Shown in pieces: positions 32,610-42,874 of a DNA stretch of 64,000 bases. Source of the stretch: Alphaproteobacteria bacterium (GTDB lineage: Bacteria; Pseudomonadota; Alphaproteobacteria; UBA828). The DNA lies in assembly GCA_963422645.2 (NCBI GenBank), contig CAXXVO010000005.1:224001-288000 (forward strand). The letters are read 5' to 3'. Under the pieces are notes generated by a model. It made no database searches. It was not told the origin of the DNA and saw only the letters and a program-made list of their open reading frames with translations. Each line of letters opens with the position of its first letter. The stretch's first letter is position 1. The translations under genes were made by a program, and so were the position numbers.

Positions 32610-34007
32610 GTGAGTGTTCATGCGATCCCGGGGGCAGCGGTCCTGCGAGAGTGGTCGAGCGCGAACCGCCCACGTGATCTGAAGAGTTCCGCGCAATCGG
32701 TCGGCAAATTCAAAGCGCTGACCCGGAGGAATCTCGATTTAATTTCTCAACACGGTAACGTGACCGAGGACGACTTGTTCGCCATGAAAGTCGTCAGTGC
32801 CGTGCTGCCCTTCCGCACCAACCGCTACGTGATCGAGCACCTGATCGACTGGGACCGGATCCCGGACGATCCGGTCTACCGGCTGGTATTCCCGCAGCGG
32901 GGAATGCTGGAAGAGGGCGACTTTAGCCGGATCGCCGATCTCATGACCCGCGACGCCACGGCGCAGGAAATTGAACGCGCGGCCGCCGAAATTCGCGTGC
33001 GCCTCAATCCGCATCCGGCAGGGCAACGCGAGCTCAACATTCCGCATGAAGAAGGCGAAACTTTAGAGGGTCTTCAGCACAAGTATCGGGAAACTATCCT
33101 GTTCTTCCCGAGCCAGGGCCAGACCTGCCACGCCTACTGCACATTCTGCTTCCGCTGGGCGCAATTCGTGGGCGAGAAGGAGCTGAAGATCGCGTCGAAG
33201 GATGCGGTCAACCTGCACCGTTATCTCGCCGACCATCCCAACATCTCGGATGTTCTTTTCACCGGCGGCGACCCGATGATTATGAAGACCCGGGTGATGG
33301 AGGGCTATCTCCGGTCCTTCATCGAAGATCCGGCGCTGGCCCATGTGCAGAACATCCGGATCGGCACCAAGGCGCTCACCTTCTGGCCGCATCGCTTCGT
33401 CCACGACGAGGATGCGGACGATCTGCTGCGCCTCTTCGAGAACCTCGTCAAGTCGGGCCGTCACGTCGCGATCATGGCCCACTTCAATCACTGGCAGGAG
33501 CTCAGGACCGACGTCGTGCAGGACGCGATCCGCCGCATCCGCGATACCGGCGCGGTCGTGCGCAGCCAGGCGCCGCTGCTCGCCAACATCAACAACGACC
33601 CCGACATCTGGGCGCGGATGTGGCGTGAGCAGGTGCGCCTCGGCGTCATCCCCTACTACATGTTCGTCGAGCGCGACACCGGCCCCAGGCACTACTTCGA
33701 GGTGCCGCTGGAGCGCTGCTGGGAGGTTTTCCGGGGCGCGATCCAGCAGGTCTCAGGCCTGGCGCGGACGGTCCGGGGCCCGAGCATGAGCGCAACGCCG
33801 GGCAAGGTCGAGGTGCTGGGCGTGCAGGAGGTCGCGGGCGAGAAGGTCTTCGTGCTGCGCTTCCTGCAAGGGCGCGATCCCGACTGGGTCGGCCGGCCCT
33901 TCTTCGCGCGCTTCGACCCGGAGGCGACCTGGCTCGATCAGCTCGAACCCGCCTTTGGCGAAGAGGAGTTCTTCTTCGAGGACGGCCTCCGGGCGCTGAG
34001 CGCATAG
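32610..34007 (+). CDS. KamA-family radical SAM protein (lysine 2,3-aminomutase-like)
   Basis: GLQHKY, CHAYCTFCFR (CxxxCxxC), LFTGGDPM and PYYMF motifs. Confidence 0.85.
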   Translation: MSVHAIPGAAVLREWSSANRPRDLKSSAQSVGKFKALTRRNLDLISQHGNVTEDDLFAMKVVSAVLPFRTNRYVIEHLIDWDRIPDDPVYRLVFPQRGMLEEGDFSRIADLMTRDATAQEIERAAAEIRVRLNPHPAGQRELNIPHEEGETLEGLQHKYRETILFFPSQGQTCHAYCTFCFRWAQFVGEKELKIASKDAVNLHRYLADHPNISDVLFTGGDPMIMKTRVMEGYLRSFIEDPALAHVQNIRIGTKALTFWPHRFVHDEDADDLLRLFENLVKSGRHVAIMAHFNHWQELRTDVVQDAIRRIRDTGAVVRSQAPLLANINNDPDIWARMWREQVRLGVIPYYMFVERDTGPRHYFEVPLERCWEVFRGAIQQVSGLARTVRGPSMSATPGKVEVLGVQEVAGEKVFVLRFLQGRDPDWVGRPFFARFDPEATWLDQLEPAFGEEEFFFEDGLRALSA

Positions 34008-34103
34008 CCCGCGCGCCGGGCGGCACCCCGGCGCATCCGAAACGCTTCCCTCCACCGCCGCAGCGTTGCGCGACGGCGGACGCTGCGCCACCTTGCGCCT
34101 GTC

Positions 34104-35024
34104 ATGGGACAAGCCGGAGATAGCCGGGCGATGCTGCGCATCGTCCTTGCCGACAATCTGGAGGTGCTGCGGACGCTCGAAGCCGGCAGCATCGACCTGA
34201 TCTATATCGACCCGCCCTTCAACACGGGGCGCACGCAGACGCGGGTTGCGCTCAGGACGGAGCGTGACGCAGCGGGCGACAGGACCGGCTTCCAGGGCCA
34301 GCGCTATCGCACGACCACGCTCGGTGCCACCAGCTACGCCGACAGCTTCGACGACTACCTAGCCTTCCTCGAGCCGCGCCTGACCGAGGCCCACCGGGTG
34401 CTGGCCGCGAGCGGCTCACTCTTCTTCCACATCGACTACCGCGAGGTGCACTACTGCAAGGTGCTGCTGGACGGCATCTTCGGGCGCGAGAGTTGCATCA
34501 ACGAGATCGTCTGGGCCTACGACTACGGCGGGCGGCCGAAGCGGCGCTGGCCGGCCAAGCACGACACCATCCTCTGGTATGCGAAGGACCCCGCCGACTA
34601 CACCTTCCACCTGGACGCCGTGGACCGCATCCCCTACATGGCACCGGCGCTGGTGGGGGCGGAAAAAGCCTCGCGCGGCAAGACGCCGACGGACGTCTGG
34701 TGGCACACCATCGTGCCCACCAACTCCAAGGAGAAGACCGGTTACGCCACCCAGAAGCCGCTCGGGCTGTTGGAGCGCATCGTCAAGGTGCACTCATCGC
34801 CGGGCGACAGGCTGCTGGACTTCTTCGCAGGCTCCGGCACCTTCGGAGAAGCCGCCGCCAAGCACGGCCGCTCCTGCCTCCTGGTCGACAACAATCCCGA
34901 GGCGGTGCGCATCATGGAGCGCAGGCTGGCGCGCTTCGGGGCTGAGGTGGAGGCGGCGGAAGCAGAGTTGGAAGCGTCGTCCGAACTGCACAGTCAAATG
35001 CCGGTTGACAGCAGTGTTGGCTAG
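34104..35024 (+). CDS. Site-specific DNA methyltransferase (N6/N4, beta-type), orphan
   Basis: Motif IV IYIDPPF precedes motif I DFFAGSGT; YATQKP present; no adjacent endonuclease recognised. Confidence 0.9.
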   Translation: MGQAGDSRAMLRIVLADNLEVLRTLEAGSIDLIYIDPPFNTGRTQTRVALRTERDAAGDRTGFQGQRYRTTTLGATSYADSFDDYLAFLEPRLTEAHRVLAASGSLFFHIDYREVHYCKVLLDGIFGRESCINEIVWAYDYGGRPKRRWPAKHDTILWYAKDPADYTFHLDAVDRIPYMAPALVGAEKASRGKTPTDVWWHTIVPTNSKEKTGYATQKPLGLLERIVKVHSSPGDRLLDFFAGSGTFGEAAAKHGRSCLLVDNNPEAVRIMERRLARFGAEVEAAEAELEASSELHSQMPVDSSVG

Positions 35025-35161
35025 GCGGCGAGAGGTCTTGGCCGCTGCCGCCGGCCTCTTAGTTCAGGCGGCGACTATTGAGCGATGGACCATTCTATGC
35101 ACACAACCTGATCAACACCCTGCGATGAAAATCGCCTTCGAGCCGAAAACTCGCCATCCAC

Positions 35162-35710
35162 CTATTTGGACAGAAAGTCCTTCACCTCAGCAATCGCATT
35201 TCTGACTTCCATTTGAGAATACTTTGGCTTCAGAGCCATTACATGCTTCGCGAGTTTCCCGTTGTCTTCAAATTCCTCCTGCGGCGCGTGTCGACGCAAG
35301 TAGGCAATCGTAGAAACAAGTTCCAAGCCTTTCGCCGATCTATTTCCGAAGGTCGCCAACACCTTGTTGATAGTCGTGTGGTTGTGCTCGAAAAACTCCC
35401 GCCCCCTCTCTATCATACGGTCGGTGTTCTCGTCAGGGTCTATCAGGTAGTGGTTATCCCAGCTGATGTAACGAACTATCGCGCCACCGCTATTTGCAAT
35501 TACATCTAAATCTCCAGAAAGACTGACCGAATACGGCCCATACGTGTAGAACGAAAATCGATACCCCGTATCGACGCCTCCCAATTCCTGTATGAGATGC
35601 ACTTTCTTCTGAAGCGCCTTCTTACCGAGTTGCTGGTGGACCTGCGCCGCTTGCTTGATCAAAAATGCGACCAGAGCGTACTGATCAATCTTTCCGGTTA
35701 TCCCTATCAT
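35162..35710 (-). CDS. YwgA/SocA-like protein
   Basis: LQKKVHLIQ...YRFSFYTYGPYS..L..DL and LELVSTIAYL motifs; AT-richer than the flanks. Confidence 0.6.
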   Translation of the reverse strand: MIGITGKIDQYALVAFLIKQAAQVHQQLGKKALQKKVHLIQELGGVDTGYRFSFYTYGPYSVSLSGDLDVIANSGGAIVRYISWDNHYLIDPDENTDRMIERGREFFEHNHTTINKVLATFGNRSAKGLELVSTIAYLRRHAPQEEFEDNGKLAKHVMALKPKYSQMEVRNAIAEVKDFLSK

Positions 35711-35720
35711 GTGATTCCCC

Positions 35721-36571
35721 TCAATCCTCCGTCCATTGTCGAACGGCCGTCTCGGCAGCCCGGCGATTGCACACGGGTACGTATAGTCGGCGCTGGTTGA
35801 CCCTGATAAGTCCTCTAACGACGGGCGATAGCGTTTGTAGAGGCACTGAACGCTCGATACTACCCGAGGTACGCCATACCTTAATCTCTTCCGATCCGGA
35901 TTTGTACCACGACTTCTCGGCGTCGCGGACTACACACCCGTAAGGCTCGAGTTCGTTTGCGAGCTCCTCCACTTTTCTTATCTCATCGTCGGTAACGACT
36001 TCAGTGGTGGTAAACACCATCCGATAATGCTTTCTGGAACTGAGAATCTCACCGTGATTGCCCCCGGTTCCTTGGGAAATTTGACCGAGCACCTTCCAGT
36101 CGTCCCAGTCAAGAAACTCAGCGATGGAGATAGGAGACGGAAATTCGCCGCCACTACTCTCAAGTAGCTTCCCCAAACACTCAATCAGATGATAGTCATA
36201 AATCGTGCGAGTCTTATGGAAATAGAGCTGTGTGAACATCATGAAGCGAGCGATGAGTAATCCTTCAACGGCATGGACACCGTCTTCCTCGACACCGATG
36301 TAGTGGCCTTCCGTTTCGGGGTCTGGGCAGAGCCGCAAGGTATAGATGACTCTGTCCAAGTCGTATCGCCCGTACTGTACGCCGGCGTGGTGCGCATCAC
36401 GTAGCAAGTAGTCCATCCGGTCAGCATCCATCTGTCCGGAGACAAGGTCTTTCCAAACCAACACGCCTGGCGAGTGAGCGGGCGTCTCAAATATCTCGAG
36501 AATATCCGCAACGTGAATCCCGTTTGTTCTCGACTCTTGGTGGTTCTCAATTAAGTCGTCCAGAAATAGTC
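35721..36571 (-). pseudogene. HD-domain phosphohydrolase (YwfO/SAMHD1-like dNTPase family), N-terminus lost
   Basis: SGQMDADRMDYLLRD..HAG..YG and ARFMMFTQLYFHKT. The frame stays open up to the IS end at 36572, and the HD motif itself is missing. Confidence 0.75.
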
Positions 36572-38930
36572 TCAGACTTCCTGACCTCTGCTGATTTTAG
36601 GTGACACGAGCCGCGCGGATTCCGAGGCCCCGTCGATGTCGTAGACTATGCGCAGACGGGTGCCGGGGAAGACCGTTTCGGTGGCGTTCAGGTCGCTCAG
36701 AACCGCATCGATCCAACGGTCGCAGGCGTCGTTTGCGAGGCCAAGAATGTGGACCCGCAGGAGGCCATTGCCAGGATCCGGCAGGATGTCGGCATCGGCG
36801 GTGAGCAGCGCTTGAAGCAGTTTCCGGGGATGGGGCTTGTGGCCCTGCGCCTGCATGACGGGAAGCATCATGCGGGTTTCGGCGCGGTAGGCGATCATCC
36901 GGATGACGTCGAGGAGGAGGCGCTCGCGCGCGGGCAAGGCATCGAGCTGCTCGGCTTCGTCGAGGTCGCCGGCCCGGCAGTGCTTGGGCGTCTCCCTGCG
37001 GCTGGCCCTGACGATGTCGCGGACATCCTGGAGGTCCCTGACTTCCCTCCTGAGTTCCGCCGTCGGCTGCTTCTTCCGGGCCGTGTCGGCGATGCGGTTG
37101 CGCAGGCGGCCAAGCTGGCGGTCGAGGCGATGGATTGCCTTGTCATAGGCCCGCCGCAGCGGGTTGACGACCATGGCGGCGGGATCGAGAGGCTCGAGCT
37201 CGTGGGTCGGCAGGGCGTCGAGATTGAACTCGTCACGCATGTACTTGAAGAAGTTCTCCTGCGACCAGCGCGAGAACATGGCGCCCGCAACCTCAGCCAT
37301 CGGCTTGTGCGGATCGGTGGTGATCAGCGGCACCTGACGGCCGTTGTCGAGCAGGCGGCGGATCTGGCGCACCCTGAAGCCGTTCGGCAACGTCACCGGC
37401 TTCTCAGCCAGCCGCATGGTGGCGCTGCCGTCCGCCGCCGGTCCGTGAATGGGAACGGTCATCGCGCCGAAGTCCTCGGCCGGCCAGTCCTCGCCCCTGA
37501 AGTTCTTGTGCCAGGTCAGGCAGGCGACGCCGCGCCTCGCCAGCCGGCGGAACAGATCCGGGCTCCAGCCCTCGCGGTCGAAGACCAGGGTGAGCGCCGG
37601 CTGGCCGGGATGCTCGGCGGTCAGGTCCGGCGCCCCGGCGCCAACGATCCCAAGCTCCTGCAGCGCCGGCACCACGTCGGCTTCGATGGCCGCGACCATC
37701 TTCGGGTCCAGCGGCTTGTGCAGACAGAGCAGCGGCTTGCCGCCCAGAGCGTTGATCCAGTAGCTGGCGCTCGCCGGCAGGCACAGCTTCTCGCGCGAGA
37801 CGAAGTGCTTGGGCAAGCGCCCCTTGCGGCCGGAGTAGACCTTGACGTGCCCGTCGATGGCCAGCGTCGCCCAGAGCTCCGGCTCGTCGGCCTTGCCAGC
37901 GCCTGGCAAGGGCGAGCTGCCACGCCCGCACGCCGGCCTCGTCGTCGGCGATGAGAGCGATCTTGCGGCGCAGCGTCTTGACCTCGGGGCAGCGATCGAG
38001 GCCGAGAATGGCGCCCCATTCGCCCGGCGCCTGGTAGCGCAGGCTCTCGGGGTTGCGCACCCGCGCCAAGGTCATGAAGGCCAGGAAGAGCAGGATCGTA
38101 GGCAAGCCGTAATAGCCCTTCGGCAGCAATGGCAGGAGACCGGTCTCGGAGAGAAGACCTTCCTTCAGCAGGGCCGGCAGGGCGGCGAGCACGCCGCCGA
38201 AGCGGACACCGCGGGCGGCGGCGGCGAACTGCGGTTCGACCGGCCCCGCCTGTCCACAACTGGCCAGAACCCGAGCCGGAACATCGCAAGTCGCACGCCC
38301 CATCGGCGCCTGCCGGTCCCGCCGATCGCGCGCGCTGCGATCCGTTTGCGGCTGCGCTTCCAGCCCCGGCGCCGTCTCCGGCCCCGGGGCACCGGTACTC
38401 TCTTCATCGACACGGCCTTCAGGAGCCGCACCCGCGTCAGGCGGCGCAGCCAGCGCTGAGCGTCCGGGCTCCCCATCCGCCTCCGTGTTGCCGATCAGTC
38501 CCTGACGGCGCCACTTGTTGACCGATGGCGCTGACACGCCGAGAACCCGGGCCGCCGCAGAGCCGCTCAGGCCCGATGCCAGCAACGCCGTCGCCTTCTC
38601 CGCCAACTCCGGAGTGAACACCGACGGCCCGCGACCGCGCCGGGGCTTCATGAACCCCGCTTCGCCCTCGGCCAGGTAGCGCCGTCGTGCGCGCTGCACC
38701 GTCGCGCGCGAGACAGCGAAAGCGTCAGCCAGTTCCTGCGGCGAGACCGCGCTGATCGCCGCGAGGCGGCCGATCCGCAAGAGCATGGCCGTGCGGTCAT
38801 CGGCGGCGTGGCTGTCAAAGGGAATGAGGTTGGAAAAGTAGGTGAAGGTGTCGTCCGAGATCAGGACGGCGAAGCAGCTGTTGCCGATCGAGACCGCCTC
38901 TGGAGGGCACATTGGGAGGGTACTGGGCAT
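36572..38930 (-). pseudogene. Transposase of element A with a single frameshift near 37893
   Basis: HTH N-terminus and GLDRCPEVKTLRRK; after the shift IDGHVKVY, VFDREGWS and RWSQENFFKY. Confidence 0.8.
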
Positions 38931-39086
38931 GGTTGAGACCCCGTGCAATTGGTATCAAATTATACTATCAGACCTCGGGCGCGACACCCAGCGAAAAACC
39001 GCCTGAAACAACCGAAATGTATCAGAATTCAAGGAGTTCCCGGCACGCTGCCCAGAACAGCCAGCATCACGAGGTCAGGAAGTCTG
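36573..39086 (-). mobile_element. Unclassified DDE insertion sequence, element A
   Basis: Perfect 16-bp TIRs CAGACTTCCTGACCTC at 36573-36588 and 39071-39086; the transposase ORF runs through the TIR. Confidence 0.85.
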
Positions 39087-39343
39087 AACCTCAGACTTCC
39101 TGACATTACGCTGGTAAGTGATTGAATCATTGAGAATGTTTTGGGAACCGCCGGCCGACCTTCGTAATGTCAAGTGTTGAGGCGAAAAGATGCGGGACGA
39201 GCGGCAGAAAGAAGCGGTCAGAATAGCAGGGTATTCCAACTAATGTCAATGATATGGGCGCTGTAAAGGGGCCTCGTAGTGAGCAGCCGAACTCGCTTAC
39301 AATGCGCGGCAAAGGGGCACAACGCGGTTCAGGAACATAGCCG

Positions 39344-41623
39344 ATGCAGCTTCAGTTTCCGCTGTGGCCGGAAAACGCCATCGTCATCTCCGAGACGCTC
39401 GCAATGGTCGAAGAGGACGGAAGGGTCGTCTTTTTCAACAGCGCGGGCCCGATCTTCACCTATGCCGAAGACGATGCCCTCGGGAAACGCCACGCAATGG
39501 CGATGCTCACTGCACAGCGTCTGGTCTCAGCCGAAGCTCTGGCAAGGGCGATGGGTGTCAGCGGGCAGACCGTCCGGCGCAATCGTGACAAGTATCTCGA
39601 CGGTGGGCTGGAGGCGCTCATCGCGAAGCCGCGTCCAAGAAAAGGATACAAGCTGGCCGGGGCCGAGCTCACCCTGGCACAGGAGCTGCTCGACGCAGGT
39701 GCGAGCGTGTCGGCAACAGGGCGTGCCGTCGGGGTCTCGGAAGGGTGCGTCAGGGCGGCGATCAAGACCGGCAAGCTGGTGCGGCCGGGCAAGCGGACGG
39801 CGCGAGGAGGCAAGGGTGCCGGGCCGGCGCAGGGTTCGGTTGCAGCTGCACCGGCGCCGGGCGCTCAGCGAACGGAAGCGCCGGTATCGTTGTCGCTCCC
39901 ACAGGGCATCCTGGAGACCGGGCCGGGACCGTCGCTGCGTTCGGCGGCGGATGCGCAGTGCAGCGCCGGTGTTGCCGTCAAGCGGATTGAGGAACGGACT
40001 CTGGCGATGGCCGGCCGCCTGACGGAGGCGCCGATGCAGGTGCAGGCGGCGGAAGCGGTGCCGGGAGCCGGTGTGCTGCTGGCGCTGCCGGCGGTGCTGG
40101 ATCAGGGCCTGTTCGCGGCCGGCGAGCAAGCCTACGGCCATCTCAAGAAGGGCTTCTTCGGTCTGTGCAGCGTGCTGTTGTTGCTCACCTTCATGGCGCT
40201 GCTGCGGATACGCACGCCGGAGCAGCTCAAAGCCCATGCGCCGGGCGAACTCGGCCTGCTGCTCGGCCTCGACCGCGCGCCGGAGGTGAAGACCTTGCGC
40301 CGCAAGCTCGCGGAAATCGGCGCCATGGGCAAGGCGCGCCACTTCGCCGATGCGCTGGCCCGGCGTTGGGCGCGCCCCGAGGCGCTGGGCTATCTCTATG
40401 TCGACGGCCATGTCCGGCCCTATCATGGCCGCAAGTACAAGATCCCGAAGACCTGGTCGCCGCAGCGTCGGCTGTGCATGCCGGCGACCTCCGATACCTG
40501 GGTGAACGACGCGCAGGCGCAGCCCTGGTTCTTCGTCACCGCCGAAGCCAATGACGACCTGCTGTCGATGCTTGAGAACGCGGTTCTCCCGAAAATCCGC
40601 GACGAGGTCGGCGCCGGGCCGCGGCCGACCGTGGTGTTCGATCGCGGCGCCTGGAGCCCGGCTGCCTTCCAGCGCTGGTCGATCGCCGGCTTCGACATCA
40701 TGACCTATCGCAAGGGTCGCTACGCCCCCTGGCCACAGCAGGACTTCGTCACCGTTGTCGATCCGAGCGGCCGGCAGAAGGCAGGCAAGCCGATGACCTG
40801 GAAGCTGGCCGAAAAGCCGCTCGCGCTCAGCACCGGGGGCGGTGACTCTCTGACAGTGCGCGAAGTTCGCAGGCTATGCGACAACGGCCACCAGACCTCG
40901 ATCGTGACCACGCGCACCGACCTGTCGACCGGCGCCGTCGCCGCCCGGATGTTCGCGCGATGGCGGCAGGAGAACTACTTCAAATACATGCGCCAGGAAT
41001 ACGCCCTCGACCATCGGTGCAGCTATGCCGCAGAAGCCGCAGACCCCGACCGCCCGATGGCAAATCCTCAGATCAAGGCTCTGGAGAAAAGCCGGAAGAT
41101 CGTGAAGAAGGCGCTCGACAAGCTTCGCATTCGCTACGGCGAACTGCGCGACCGGAAGCCGAGCGATCCGGACCTGCCGGACATCAGGGAATGGATCGGC
41201 GAGTTCGACCGTATCCTCAAGGAGATCCGGGCCGGGAAGAGAGCCTTGCCGAAGAAGGTGTCGGCCAAGACCGTGATGGACGAGGCGGACATCGTTCGTC
41301 TCGAGATCGAACGCAAGCGCTTCACCGACCTGATCCGCATGATCGCATACCGCGCCGAGAGTGCGATGCTGCCCATGATCGCACCGCTGTTCATGCGCGA
41401 TGCCGAGGAGGGCCGCACTTTCCTCAAGGCGGTCTACCAGCTTCCGGCCGACATGATCCCGCGACCCGAACGACAGATACTCATCCTCCGCTTCCACTCC
41501 ATGGCCAACCCGCGATTCAACCGCGCTCTCGCTCATCTCTGCGAAAATCTCACCGCCGAATCGCACCTCTATCCGGGAACGCAACTCCGATTCGTCGTAA
41601 CTACCCAGGTACCCCAATCCTGA
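39344..41623 (+). CDS. Transposase of element B, C-terminus altered by the IS66-like insertion
   Basis: GLDRAPEVKTLRRK, YVDGHVRPY, VFDRGAWS and RWRQENYFKY. The native tail FQPPALSAI* continues at 42820-42849. Confidence 0.85.
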   Translation: MQLQFPLWPENAIVISETLAMVEEDGRVVFFNSAGPIFTYAEDDALGKRHAMAMLTAQRLVSAEALARAMGVSGQTVRRNRDKYLDGGLEALIAKPRPRKGYKLAGAELTLAQELLDAGASVSATGRAVGVSEGCVRAAIKTGKLVRPGKRTARGGKGAGPAQGSVAAAPAPGAQRTEAPVSLSLPQGILETGPGPSLRSAADAQCSAGVAVKRIEERTLAMAGRLTEAPMQVQAAEAVPGAGVLLALPAVLDQGLFAAGEQAYGHLKKGFFGLCSVLLLLTFMALLRIRTPEQLKAHAPGELGLLLGLDRAPEVKTLRRKLAEIGAMGKARHFADALARRWARPEALGYLYVDGHVRPYHGRKYKIPKTWSPQRRLCMPATSDTWVNDAQAQPWFFVTAEANDDLLSMLENAVLPKIRDEVGAGPRPTVVFDRGAWSPAAFQRWSIAGFDIMTYRKGRYAPWPQQDFVTVVDPSGRQKAGKPMTWKLAEKPLALSTGGGDSLTVREVRRLCDNGHQTSIVTTRTDLSTGAVAARMFARWRQENYFKYMRQEYALDHRCSYAAEAADPDRPMANPQIKALEKSRKIVKKALDKLRIRYGELRDRKPSDPDLPDIREWIGEFDRILKEIRAGKRALPKKVSAKTVMDEADIVRLEIERKRFTDLIRMIAYRAESAMLPMIAPLFMRDAEEGRTFLKAVYQLPADMIPRPERQILILRFHSMANPRFNRALAHLCENLTAESHLYPGTQLRFVVTTQVPQS

Positions 41624-41738
41624 GTTGAGGACGGTGATTATGGCGGCGGCCGCGGCCTGGTTCTGCCACCGCGATTGGTTCTTGACCTCATAGAGTTGCG
41701 GGACTATGGACTGCTCTCTCGCGTGACGGGAGCGGTCC

Positions 41739-42404
41739 ATGGGGTATTTCGGCTCGAAGGCGACAGCAGGTCTGTGCCAAGCGCTGATTGCGCTGATGCC
41801 GCCGCACTCCGTCTACATCGAAAGCCACCTTGGGGGCGGGGCGCTGACGAAGCGCAAGCCGCCGGCCGTGCGTTCGATCGGCATCGACCGCGATGCGCAG
41901 GCGCTCGAGGCCTTCGTCTGCGACTACCCGGTCGATCTGGTTCACGGCTGTGCCCATGACTTCCTGGCCTCGTTCCCGTTCCTGGGCCCGGAGCTGGTTT
42001 ACAGCGATCCGCCCTATCTGCACGCGACCCGCCGCTCGGCGCAGCGCTACCGCTTCGAGTACGAGGAGGCCGGCCACGTCGCGCTTCTCGCGCTGCTCAA
42101 GGCTCTGCCCTGCCAGGTCATGATCTCGGGCCATCCGTCGGCGCTCTATGACGAGGTGCTGGCGGGATGGCGCCGGCTGGCGCTGCAGGTCACGACCCAG
42201 GGTCTGGTGCGAACCGAGGTCGTCTGGTTCAACTACGCCCCCGACCGGATGCATTGGGCCAGCCACGCAGGCCGGAACTTCACCGACCGCCAGCGCATCA
42301 AGCGCAAGGCAGCCAACTGGGGCCGGCGCTACCAGGCCTTGCCGCCGGGCGAACGCCTCGCCGTGCTCGCCGCCATGATGGCCGTCGAGGCCGAAGACAC
42401 GTGA
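41739..42404 (+). CDS. Dam-like DNA adenine methyltransferase
   Basis: YFGSK, YIESHLGGG (motif I variant), YSDPPY, VMISG and TEVVWFNY. Confidence 0.85.
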   Translation: MGYFGSKATAGLCQALIALMPPHSVYIESHLGGGALTKRKPPAVRSIGIDRDAQALEAFVCDYPVDLVHGCAHDFLASFPFLGPELVYSDPPYLHATRRSAQRYRFEYEEAGHVALLALLKALPCQVMISGHPSALYDEVLAGWRRLALQVTTQGLVRTEVVWFNYAPDRMHWASHAGRNFTDRQRIKRKAANWGRRYQALPPGERLAVLAAMMAVEAEDT

Positions 42405-42646
42405 CGGTGTCGCACTGGCACGAAGACCTCGCCGCCCGTAACGAGGCCTTCTGCTGCCTGAAGGAGCTTCTCGAGCCATCATCCCTCGCAACCACTGTCG
42501 TCGTTGCCGTCCGGGAATGGGGGCAGGGGCTGCTGCGATCAGCCACCGCGCTCGCCCGGGAAAATGCCGCACTCGAGCAGGAGAACGCGGCCCTGCGCGA
42601 GCGCATCGCCGAACTCGAGCGCAGCGCTCATATACTGCGCTCCTGA
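42401..42646 (+). pseudogene. Probable IS66 TnpC N-terminal remnant
   Basis: GTG overlaps the methyltransferase stop; coiled coil LEQENAALRERIAELER, then an early stop; no catalytic domain. Confidence 0.5.
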
Positions 42647-42874
42647 ACTTCTCCGGCTCATCCTGAGTATCGCTGTCCTCTCATCTTGTTCGCGACGCGG
42701 CGTTCATCATCCTCTCGCGCTCAAGAGAGTAGGCACCCCCGCGGCGTGGGGGCGTTGACGCAAAAGGAACTGGCTTGTTCCATAAGAGAGAGGGGGTACC
42801 TGGGCAGTTACGATTCGTCTTCCAGCCCCCGGCTCTTTCCGCCATTTGAAATTGCACCATGTCAGGAGTTCTGA

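Larger units (their letters stand above)
41597..42811 (+). mobile_element. Non-autonomous IS66-like element (1215 bp) carrying a methyltransferase
   Basis: TIRs GTAACTACCCAGGTACCCC and GGGGTACCTGGGCAGTTAC (18/19). 8-bp TSD GATTCGTC at 41589-41596 and 42812-42819. Confidence 0.9.
39092..42873 (+). mobile_element. Unclassified DDE insertion sequence, element B (same family as A)
   Basis: Left TIR CAGACTTCCTGACAT (39092-39106), right TIR ATGTCAGGAGTTCTG (42859-42873); interrupted by an IS66-like element. Confidence 0.85.

Noticed and set aside
34104-35710. Methyltransferase plus neighbouring gene as a type II restriction-modification system
   Set aside because: The convergent neighbour looks YwgA/SocA-like with no recognisable nuclease motif, and it differs in base composition.
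39071-39106. Strong palindrome as a terminator or operator
   Set aside because: Fully explained by two abutted IS terminal inverted repeats.
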